A model generated the notes under the pieces. That model saw only the letters and a program-made list of their open reading frames with translations, was not told the DNA's origin and searched no databases. A stretch of 64,000 bases of DNA. Origin: Amphiscolops sp. MND2022. Lineage: Eukaryota. The stretch is taken from NCBI GenBank assembly GCA_964187785.1, contig OZ076413.1, positions 46,564,001 through 46,628,000 on the forward strand, written 5' to 3'. Of the stretch, positions 33,698 to 44,660 are shown one piece after another (position 1 is the stretch's first letter; each line of letters begins with the position of its first letter). Position numbers and translations under genes: made by a program.

Positions 33698-34874
33698 TCC
33701 AAGCTGCTCTCATACACATGAGGTCAGCTTTCTACAAAACCTGCAATATTAATGGCTGCAAACTGCCGCCAAATTTAGGATGCAACTTCAAGGCAGTTTG
33801 ATGAAATTCAATTGAAACAGTGAGCAATGCATGGAAGGTTCAGGGAGAGTTTTGAAAAATTGTGATGAATTTGCTGGGGAATCTACAACTTTTTGTGAAA
33901 CGTACAGGCACTTTCCACCAGGAACTTTTTCAGTATTAATTCAAGGAGAGTAGAGGAGTTGCGTTTGTTTTAACAGCTTGAAATTCCGATCTAAATAATT
34001 CAGTGAGAGCTCATCATTCATGCAGGTGTCAAATTCTGAAGCACCGTTTCATGGGATGTAATGACCTTTCATTACATAATGAAAAAAATCATGGTTGGAT
34101 GACAACGGAAACTGTTAGAGATCGTCTTGAATCAACAAGAATCAATAGATCGAAGGCTAAAATCTAATGAATTTTTAGGCAAGATAGTGAGAGTATTCAC
34201 TATAGGGTTCATTAATCTTCAATGTTGGATCATCATAGAAAAAAATTGCTCAGAAAAGACCCTGAACTGGATATGGTCTCCAATTATCAATTGCAGCTTC
34301 TACCAAAATATCAGAAAATTTTTTGCACTTATCCATTACCCGGGTTGACGTAACATGCAGTTCATACAGTTTTCATATATGGTCTTGCTATCACTAACAT
34401 ATTTTTCATATACGATCATTGAATGATTTCATATCATTGTTTGCTCCTTCTATGGAAATCTAGTTTTTTTTAAAAAAAAAATAAGACTATTTCATGAAAC
34501 TCATCTTTTTAATGTATGGTCTTTTCACGGAAAGCAAGCTTTTACAGTATGTATTCCATGTTTCACTGCAAAGTTGTCTGGTATGATGAGCATTTTTGAA
34601 ACCTGAATAAACAAACAAGTTGAATTTTTTCTTTCTTTCAATAAATTAGAAAAGATAAAAAACTGAAATAAAATTAAGTGCTTTGAAGATCTAAAGTGAA
34701 GACAACCTTTTCACTTTGAAATTTCCCGATTAACGAAACTTTAATTTGAAAATGAAAGGCAGTAAAATATTACTTTACGGACACGAAGAGGAATTGAAGT
34801 ACTTCAAATAATTAGGGTTTCAAAGAAACAACTAATGCCAATTAATGAACGACGAAGAATCAAGTTTTTTCACC

Positions 34875-35236
34875 AATGCCGCGGGGTTAACGCCGAAAGA
34901 GCAGTTCTGCTTTTCTATATTGGCGCCTTTTTTCGGATACCATTGCCCCATAGCACGCTATGGACCATGCATATTTGCAGCCAAGTGGTCAAGCAATGGT
35001 CGACTTGAGGCTGTGGTTTCGAAGTGACTTGCTCAAGGTCACAAAGGTCTGACTGCTAACCGTTGCTCTTTTTTTGCTTTTCTCCGCCAAATGCGATATT
35101 TTTTTGTCACTGACCATACCACTAAGCTAGGGATGAACGACTTGCTCAAGGTACAACAATGGTGAGTTGAAAGAGACACGAACCTTGTACCGGCGCAGCA
35201 TTGGCCGAGCCCTCTAGCCCCTACACCATGCTCCCC
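34875..35236 (-). mobile_element. tRNA-derived SINE, second copy
   Basis: Reverse-complement match to 3535-3892 (e.g. CAGACCTTTGTGACCTTGAGCAAGTCACTT). Confidence 0.75.
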
Positions 35237-35991
35237 TCGAATAAATTAGCGTTGGTTGTTTCTTTATTACTTTAATTCTGCTCGTATTCTTGAACGATTA
35301 TTGTTTTCCCTGGAAACTTCGTTTGTTATTTGTTATTTTGGGCACCGATCAAAGTGCATTTATTATTTGCTCATAACAATTTGATAAGATTGCCTCGTCG
35401 TGTCAACCAGTTTAAACTTTCATCTTCTCAAGCCGGAAATTTTCTCCAGTTGAGCAGTTGAGAATTCCGTACAATAGATTGAGCAACTGTTTTGAAAGTC
35501 GAAGATATCTTGTATAAAGACGCTTAATCTCCTTTCGCTTGAAATGAGATTATTCCATCTCTCCGATTGGATTAATCTCCAAATATCTTGAAGTTCATCC
35601 GAAGACACTTACCCAACAGAGGAATTTAACAAAATCAGGGTCAGCAAAGTCAGATAGATGTATGAAAAGTTTTGATAATTTTGTCCACCTTGATGAAAAA
35701 TATGCGTTAATTGGAAATTTCATGAACGACAGAGCCAATTATAGTTGTAAAAAAATTTTCAGACGCACACCAAGTGACAGGTATGTTAGAAAAAAATTTA
35801 AAAACTTCGTAACTCTAACTCAGTGGACTGTCCTAAGAAATAAAATCATCAGTTCATGGGTTCGAACTCTGCGCAGGGCTAATTTTTTTCATCTCTGCAA
35901 AGCTCGACTAGGTCAAAAAGTTTTTTTGGATTTTTTGACACGAAGCGACTCTTCTCAAGAAAACGTCAAAAATTCACTAAATTGTTGTTCC

Positions 35992-38900
35992 TGTTGACGA
36001 TATGCTTTGACTTGGCAAAACAAGTAGAATTGGCAAATGTGTGTGAATTGACTGAACTGTATCTTATGGCGTAAAGTGTTGAAGTATCTTTTTCTCACGC
36101 TCCTGCGTTGGCAGGTACTTCTTTAAATTGCATATCTGTTTACTAATGTTTATCATATGTCAACTTACATTTCTACCACATTCCCCTTTTTTAATACAAA
36201 TGGAATAGGGATTCTAATTTGTGGATTCACGCAAATCTCAAATGTCACTCACAATGCATTAACGGTAACTAAAACAAAAATACAAACTTGAAACAGCCAT
36301 ACGGCTACAAGATTTAATTAATATGTAAATAGGTTTCAGGTTTAGCGATCAATGTTTTTTCACTTTTCTGGTACTTCTTCTTCCGACTTCTTCCGTTCTA
36401 TTGTGCTGACCATTACGTTCTGCCCCAGCCATTCCGGTCTTTTTGCCACTCGCCCCGATCGTGGTTTCTTGTTGATATCGCCTCTCGCTAAATGGGGACC
36501 TTCTCAGGGACAACATCTCCTTCCTCTTCTTCCGACTGTTAATAGACAATTATCTCTGATTCGGACCTTGTCGCCTCAGTGACCTCTTCTTCCTCAGCTT
36601 CTGTTACTTGTCCGGACTCTGCGACGGGATTTGGATATAATATCTTGTTTGGGTCGTTCTCTGTGACTTCCGTTATTGCTTTCTCTTTCTCGCCGAAATT
36701 GCTTGTTTCTCCACTAAGTTCGTTTTCCACTTCTTCTTCTTCTTCACTCGAAGAAGACGCTAGTCGAAGAGTTTTCTTCCTTTCTTGCATTCTCGTTCCA
36801 ATTGCCACTTTGCTGCAGTGTGGCAAATCTTCGTCACTTTGCGGTTTGGCTCTGTTGTCACCTTTTGTCACCCCAAGGAAAGAGAAGATGTGCAATTTGT
36901 GTGGAATCGCAATTTTGACGTAATCTAATGACTTCTTGTAACTGTTTGTCTTTTAGTAGTTAGCATGTACGTAGATTTTTTGCTATTTCTTGAGTTACCG
37001 GCCATTGTTTTATCAATTGTTCTCTCATAACTTCTAACACTTTTGTTTATTTTGGCGGTTTGAAGCACACTGTCGTTTTGCTAGCATACAGTAAATACGT
37101 TTTTGCTTCTGACTGGCTAATAACTCCGCAAACCATTTTCGTTGATTTCTTTCCTTTTGCCGTAAATGCTTCATCTAAATCTCTTGCAAATTTAAATACA
37201 ACATTAATTGTGAACCAATCATTGAACAATTGCTCAGATTTTATTATTGCCCAGCTATAAGGGGATGGATGACGTGATAAGTGGTCCGCCATTCCCAGCG
37301 TTCTACAGCTTGTTTGCACCACTGTAAATTCAAACGGTAATAGACGATCTACATACCATGTCAAACTGCTAAAAAATATTCATTGGCTTTGTTCGTTTAG
37401 TTACAATTAGAATATCAACAATAAAAACAAACACTTCTCTAAAGCTAGCCAAAAGGTTATCCATAACCTTTTGAAATTCTGTCGGCATAGCCGACAGACC
37501 GTAAAAACCTGTTACAAATCGGTACATGCGGTTGACTCTCCGCCAATAATTTGAAATTTACAATGATTTGCTGTCAGTGCGTGTAGCGGAACCTGTCCGT
37601 ATGCGTAAGTTAAATCAACTGACGAGTACCACACATCTCCATCTACGTAATCTAGCCTTTCGGCTATCATTTCCATTAACTTTTCCAGATTTGGGATCTG
37701 TATTTATCTTTGTAGATGGCCTTATTCAAAGCTCAGGCATCTAAGGCTATCTTTACCGTTTAGTCTTTCTTTACCGCTATTACCGTCGACTGAATAAAAA
37801 CGTCGTCCTTGATTTCGTCTACTTTTTTGATTTGGCTATCTTTTAGTAAATTTTTTCTTTAGGCGTCTACCACTTCTTGCATCTGAATAGGTATTCTTCT
37901 CCCGTTTTGTTGGGAAATCGCGGCGTCGTCTTTCATTTTGGTTTTTATTTTGTGATATTTTATTTTTCCTGTTCTCGAAAATAATTGTAGAAATTCCTTT
38001 ATTAAAGTCTTTGTTTCCGCAATTAGTTTTTCTACTTCTTCTTCAATTACATTAATTACTGACTCACCCACTGGGTTTTATGCCATCATGAAATTTAACG
38101 TAGACAACCACTCTCTCCCCATTATTGATTTCCTTCCTTCTTTCGCAACTAGAAATCTTGCCTTTTTCATGAATTTTTCACCGACTTGCAACTGGCAGAA
38201 CAGGTAGCCCAGGAGATTTGAGGGTTTGCCGTTGAAATCTACGAACTACTCTCCTTCAATCATCCGTCTAACTTGGAGATGATCTTTTCTACGCATGATC
38301 TTCTTTGTTTCATCTACTGCAAAGATAGTAACAGGTGAGCCCGTGTCTATCCTTGTTTTGAAACGAAACCCATTAATCGACCCTTCCATGTAGTAAAGCG
38401 CGGTTTTTTGTTTTCCTTCACAAATTTTCCTTCGTCACTATCTGACTCTTGCTTTTCTTTATAAGAATTCACTCTTTGAATTTTTCTGGCTTCTTGGGAT
38501 TTTCTGTCAAAATTTTTCGGAATAGCGATTTTCTTCAATTTATCTTTTTGCTTGTTGAACACTTTTCGAAATGACATTTTATCTCGCAATAGTTGTAATG
38601 CGTTTCAGGTGCCTTACAAACTTTCGGATGAGCCATCGTGAAATTTCCTGCACCACATCTCTTTTCTCTCCTTGGCTCGAAACCACAAAGACCGGTTTTT
38701 CTTTTACTTTTGTCGACGTACTGGGTTGGCCAATCGTCTTCTGTCTTTTAGGACCTTCTTCAAATGCAATTGCAAATTGCAATGCCGCCGACGTATGTTT
38801 TTTGACTCCATGCAGGGCATTTCCTGGACTTGCTTATTTGACATATTTAGTACAGATTTGTCGTACACCAAACTTTGTTTTTGCTCTCCAAAGTTGCATT

Positions 38901-39555
38901 TCGAAGCAAGGATGATCCTGTACTGATGAAGGGATTCTCCTGGTTGCTGTTTTCGTGAGAGGAATACGTGTCTATCCAGAGTGCGGTTTCTTCTCGCTTC
39001 AAAACACGCTCTAAATCTCTCCAACACTTCAGCAAGTTCAAATACGAAGATGTTTGTGTGCGGATATTTGTCTGTTAACATCTTTCTTCCCGTTTTCCCA
39101 ATGGATAGGTAAAGTAAACTCACTACTTTCTTTGTAGCTGTACTAACGGTAAAATTCTCCAGTAAAGGGGAATTGTGGGATCTTGTTCAGTTGGAGATTT
39201 AAATACCTCCGAAATCGAATTAGAATGTCTGTCTAATACCGCCTTTTCAAACAATTCTGCCCAATTGTTCCATTCTGTTATAGCAGATTTGTCGGCGTCC
39301 TGCTAAAAATATTGCAGTCCCGGAAGAGGAGATGGTGCGTCGTCAGATTCATTGACTCGCAGCGCCATGTTGACGATATGCTTTGACTTGGTAAAACAAG
39401 TAGAATTGGCAAATGTGTGTGAATTGACTGAACTGTATCTTATGGCGTAAAGTGTCAACGTATCTTTTTCTAACGCTCCTGCGTTGGCAGGTACTTCTGT
39501 AAATTGCTTATCTGTTTATTAATGTTTATCGTATGTCATTTCACAACTCTACACA
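35992..39555 (-). mobile_element. Decayed Ty3/Gypsy LTR retrotransposon with short LTRs and no recognisable integrase
   Basis: LTRs at 39368-39555 and 35992-36180, TSD GTTCC on both sides, PBS TGGCGCTGCGAG, PPT AAAAAAGGGGAA. Frameshifted remnants of gag (FLSRKQQPGESLHQ), protease (IDTGSPVTIF), RT (VDLTYAYGQV, GFYGLSAMPTEFQKVMD) and RNase H (MADHLSRHP). Confidence 0.92.
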
Positions 39556-40480
39556 GTTCCCCACTTTGAGTTTTTCGATGTTTTTGGTTAGGTAAGATTT
39601 TTGTAGCGCCACAAGGTTCCCCTTCGTCGTAGTGTTACTTTTCTCGAATGAAAAGTTTTGAACAACTTTTTGAAAGAATTTGAGTTTTTGATGTTTTCAG
39701 TGAGGGAAGTGCTTTATTCAAGTTTTAGAGTCCTCCTTGGGTGTCTTTGGCATTGTGAGATTATTAAAAACTTTCTCAAAAATTTTCGTGCTTAGGCGTT
39801 ACCGTTGATCTCGATTACGTTGAGCACGATTACCGTTGAGCACGATTATGTTACAAGCTTACTATAATTTTATGAGAGTTCAAGCATCCCTTTTCAATCT
39901 ATTACGACCAGTGGAATAAGTCAATTTTCATGAAAAATCATGAAAAACAACGAGATAATATCACAATGACACATCACGAAGAACATCACAATTCAATCAA
40001 ACGCGATTGCCGACAAACTTCTACAAATTGTTCAAAAATGTCATTGCTTTCGAAATTTCAAACCTGAATTTCAACTTCGAAATGAAAACCTAATCATGAT
40101 CAGTGTAACTGTAAAAATCTAAAGAGACAGTCAAAATCGTCTGGAAAGCTCTCATCAGGGTTGTCACGCATTCAATTCATCTGCCACATCTTACAGGGCT
40201 CCTTAATAGTGATGTGACAACTGACATCATAATTAACATTGCTTTGCTTCATTTGTTGATGTACTTGCTAAACACAGTGCTTATACCGGTACGTCTCACA
40301 TGCGATTTTACAAATCGATTAGAAAAAAGTCAGAATTTCGTTCTGGAGAGTCACTTTATCCTGATGAAACTGGAGTTCTTAATGGTGAATGCGAGATGTT
40401 ACTGTAAGCGAGCACAAATCCACAAGTCAAGATGGAAAAAACTCAAAATCATCAATAATAGTCACTAATTGGTTCAGAAA

Positions 40481-40485
40481 CAAGC

Positions 40486-40532
<47 letters not shown>

Positions 40533-40553
40533 AAACAACAAGGACAACAACAA
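40481..40553. repeat. (CAA)n microsatellite
   Basis: About 24 triplets with a few interruptions. Confidence 0.95.
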
Positions 40554-40780
40554 GGAACTCATATCGACCTCCGCGACACAACCGAAAGGCCGCATCTGAA
40601 CTCAGAAACTAACCAATCAGACTGCGGAGAAACGTGAAAAATCCTGTGCAAAGCTTTGATGGGGGAATTGTTCCGAGATGAGAAGATAAATTGGTGAAGT
40701 GATCGACCAATTATGACATAACCCGAAAAAAACTGCCAGCTGGTCACAGCTTAGGTCACATAAACTAACACTGTTAGTCT

Positions 40781-40881
40781 ATTGGATATCAAATATAGCA
40801 GAGCTGGCGATACGTTTTCGGTGGATGTTGGCAACATCCACCGAAAACGTATCGCCAGCTCTGCCATATTTGATATCCAAT
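40781..40881. repeat. 101-bp palindrome (50-bp arms, 1-nt centre, 1 mismatch)
   Basis: ATTGGATATC...GGATGTTG g CAACATCC...GATATCCAAT. Confidence 0.92.
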
Positions 40882-41103
40882 TATAATTTGGTACAAACTG
40901 ATCCGATTTCGGAAAATTCAACAGACGTTGGAAAAGGTACATCAGAAGTTTAGATATCCAAGTTCGACATGAGCTATGCAAAAAAACCAGCCACAGCGAT
41001 TCAAAATCGCCAACTACATTCGCATTTTTATGGTGATGATAAACAATTTGACCGGACTTAGTAGAACAAACACTCTCGAACAAGGCGAGGAATTGCCCAG
41101 GTA

Positions 41104-41974
41104 CCCAGGTTTTCGATCTTTGCGAATCTGTGCAGATCTGCAGGATTTTTGCAGATCTCTGCAGATATTTGCAGATCTGCAGAATTTTGCCGAGCTTTGC
41201 AGATATGCGCAGATTCGAAAAAAAATGACATACTCAGAATCACAAAAAAACCCACAGCGATGTCAAACGAATAATAAAAGTGTTTAAAACTGGAGAGAAG
41301 TCTCATTCATGTCAAAATGATGAAACCTTTTTCTGTAGCAATCTGTACAGATATGTAGAAATTACAGATCTTTACGGATCTTTACAGAGCCAAACAATGA
41401 CCGATAAATTACTATAACGAATTTCAAGTTAACAGCATTTACTAAAAATACTCCAACAAACTATGTTACGGAAATATTATAACAACAACACTTTATCAAC
41501 ACATCGACCAACCCAGAAGGTTGCCACATGTCAAATTTTATCTGCCAAAACGAAGTCAATATGGCAAACGAGCCTCTCAAAGTTCAACAACCACATCTGG
41601 AAAGTTCAAGTGAAATGGATAAATTACGGTGTATAACCAATACCGCACTTTCTCCAGTCACCAAAAATACCGTGATGTGGACAAATTTTCCTTCTCGAGA
41701 ATTCTGAGTGATGGAGAGTTTCAACTGGCTGACCCTAGGTCAGCTAAACTACTCGATAAAGTAGTTGAATAAGTCCAAAAATGCAGTCTATTGGTTCCTT
41801 AAAAACTGCAGAAAAACATTATTTCTGCAAAAATCTTTAAAGGAAATCTGCACACTTCTGTAAAGGTCTTGCAGATCTGTATGGATCTTCAAGATTAAGT
41901 GCAACGATCTTTGCAGAACCCTGCAGAAAAAATCCTGCAGATCTGCACAGATTCGCAAAGATCGAAAACCTGGG
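41104..41974. mobile_element. MITE, second copy of the 22758-23582 family
   Basis: Same ~47-bp TIRs, TA flanks and collinear interior. Confidence 0.9.
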
Positions 41975-42421
41975 TACTTCGACCGCTTAGCAATTGCGGT
42001 TTAAACGCAAACTCTATCACGACTGAGCATTTAGCATTGATTTTGAAAGCATATATACGGACTACAGCATTATAGTTTCGGGTTCGAAGATACTAGGTTT
42101 CTTATAAGTCGATGTTGCTTGCGCTTCAATAATTCCACCGGACGATTTAAATATAATCTCCTTTTTGAATTATTTGAACTAATTGTAAAGAGTATGCTGT
42201 TTCTTTTGTAACTATGTTTCCAAATTAAAGTCTTTTTGGTTTAAAATCACCATTTGTTTAAAAGCACCATTTCAAAAAATCTCAAATGTAACCGAAGTTC
42301 AATATAGGTTCTCTTCTAATAATAATGGTCGTAAAAATCATTTATTATAAAGTTAACACAAGGTGAAATTCCAGTCTATTGCATAACATTTTATTTGAGT
42401 TCTGTCGCCGGTAAGGCATAC

Positions 42422-43039
42422 GGGAACCGGTGCAACTTCAATTCGTCGAACATCAAATCGTCAAAAAATGAAAAGCTATATTCAATGCGCCGAAAGATAT
42501 TCCATATCAGCGATTATTTTCATTTGGTTATAATTTGTGGCGATTAGCATATTTCTTGTATGGCTCGGTCGCTTCGCTCCCTTCACCAAGTAGCAATATT
42601 GAGGCATGGCCATGTGGCACGTCGCTCCGCTTCGCTTCGCTCCTGCATTTAGGGCACTAGGAGTATCTGAACATAGCTGACTACGTTATCGCAATTTTGA
42701 ATGCTCGAATTTGATTGGCCGAAATTAATTCATTCCAATACTTCATACCATGCTCGCTAAATTAATACGTGTTCGACGAATTGAATGTTCGACGAATTGA
42801 ATGTTCGACGAATTGAAGAGTCCACACGGGAACCGTTCAATTAGACGACCTTTCAGTTAGACGACTGTGCAATTGATCGATTTTGCATACATTCCATTTT
42901 CAGTTCCGCTCGCAACTGGTAATCATTATGATTACCTAATCGGAGTATGTCAGCTGAACCAATAATATTTTAGAAACGGCTGATAGTCTTCCAATTGATC
43001 AGTCAATTAGTTGAGCGGTCGTCTAATTGAGCTAGACCC
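42422..43039. mobile_element. Nested Mutator-like MITEs
   Basis: Outer element GGG...CCC with 9-bp TSD AAGGCATAC. Inner element 42430-42825 (GTG...CAC, TIR core CTTCAATTCGTCGAACA) with 10-bp TSD ACGGGAACCG. Confidence 0.8.
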
Positions 43040-43472
43040 AAGGCATACAGAGAGTTTCCATTCTTCGGTGTTATGTAATCGAACCTCGGAGTCAATACGA
43101 TAAGATAAACTTCTTCGGTTGCGAACGGCAGTTAATAACCGAATAATAATAAGTGACAATGCCAAGCAAACGCCAACTGACCTATTTGAAAGACTTCCAT
43201 TTAAATAGACCTGAAGTATTCGGCGGTTTTGTTAAGTGGACTCATACCAGACATAAGGTCGTGAGTTTTAAACGAGGCGTCGAATTGGGAGGTTCCTGGC
43301 TTCGTTGTCATATAGTTGCTAAACTTATTAATCGAAGTTCTTAGATCATTTTTTGCGATATGAAAAAGTATACATGTGATTTGAATTACGTTTGAAAATC
43401 AGAAATGTTCGAATGAATGTGTAAATTATTATTTAAAAAATACATAAAAGTGATAAGTCAAGTTTACAAGAT

Positions 43473-43758
43473 AACAAGCCGGAAACGGCCCAAATAGGAG
43501 CCATATCGAAGGCTCTAAAATAGCAAAAGGACTTCAAATTGTCAAGAAATCGTTATATCCGAACTTTGAAAACTTTACATCCGAAGTTTGGAAACGTTAC
43601 ATCCGAACTTCGAAAACGTTAGCGAACTTTGAAACCTTATATCTGGCCTTTAAAAACGTTTGAACAAATGAACAAAAAAAATAGGACCATTCAGAGTGAA
43701 CTGAAAAAAACTACACATTGTAATTGGCAATTTTTTTAGGAAAAGCGCCGACTAAAAA
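43473..43758 (-). mobile_element. Helentron/HINE-like repeat, short inverted copy
   Basis: Plus strand AACAAGCCGGAAACGGCCC ... GCGCCGACTAAAAA. Confidence 0.55.
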
Positions 43759-43892
43759 GGAATACCTTAGCACCATAACAACTCGCCTCCTACATTGATT
43801 TGAATTTCACCCACCCAAGCAATCACAGAATTTTTCTCAAGCATTCGCTTCTAATTTTTCTTTGAAGCACGGAAAAAACATGGATCACTAAC

Positions 43893-44042
43893 CGAATCCG
43901 AAGTCCTCGGTGATTGTAGAGTTGACGAATGAGTCATAGTCTATGTGGAAGTTGGCGACCCCGTACTTCTTCATCTTGGTCTTGTCCATCTCCAGCTTGC
44001 CCTTCCACCAGGTTAGCTGCACATCCCCCGTGTGGTACTGAT
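43893..44042 (-). CDS. Cys-loop channel exon (loops B and F, start of loop C); absent from the ORF track
   Basis: Acceptor gacgttgtag|AT and donor TTCG|gttagt; 150 nt, phase 1 to 1. Translates (Y)QYHTGDVQLTWWKGKLEMDKTKMKKYGVANFHIDYDSFVNSTITEDFGF, completing ESYxY...DV.L.W. Confidence 0.9.
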
Positions 44043-44513
44043 CTACAACGTCACAATGACGTCATAACCACTCTTAGAATTCTGTTTCTCTTAGAACTGA
44101 TTAAACTGATTTTTTTTGCTTCTTTTCTAAAAATCAGGTGTTCTTTGATCTCTTCAAAGTTGTGACTTGCTCCAACCTTCCCATTCAGAGAACAAGCGAC
44201 ACCTTCACATAAATTGAGTCTTGAAAACAACAAAACTAGTGTCTTTTGCTGTCTGCAAAAATTCAAAACGTGATTTTAAAATCACTGGCGCATTACACAA
44301 ACTGATCTTCTTCGTCAATTTTCTCTGTATTCTATGTTTCCTCAAAATCATCCCCTTCTTACAAAAGCAACTGCATCCGTTTTTGAACTACGCCTCTCCA
44401 TCAGAACAGCCAAAAGAAAAAGTAGGTTTCAACAAACGATCTTTTTTTGTGAACAACGCGAGATGTCTGTAATTTAAGTTGTGATAGGAATTTCGCAATA
44501 GGATTCTTCTTAC

Positions 44514-44660
44514 AACTTTCGAGACATATGTCGCAATGTTGTATGTCCATGGGGAAAAGTGTGAGCGCCAGTTTGCATCTAATCTTCATCTGGAGTCTCA
44601 TAGACTGGAAAAGACGGGAGTCATTGTAGAGAGCCAGCACCATGCTATCCGATATCAGGT
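44514..44660 (-). CDS. Cys-loop channel exon (loop E and the Cys-loop)
   Basis: Acceptor gtgtttgcag|AC and donor AGTT|gtaaga; 147 nt, phase 1 to 1. Encodes CKLALTLFPMDIQHC (C-x13-C with FPMD), then DICLES. Confidence 0.95.

Noticed and set aside
40389..40637. PolyQ protein ORF
   Set aside because: Simply a (CAA)n microsatellite in an intron, with no other coding evidence.
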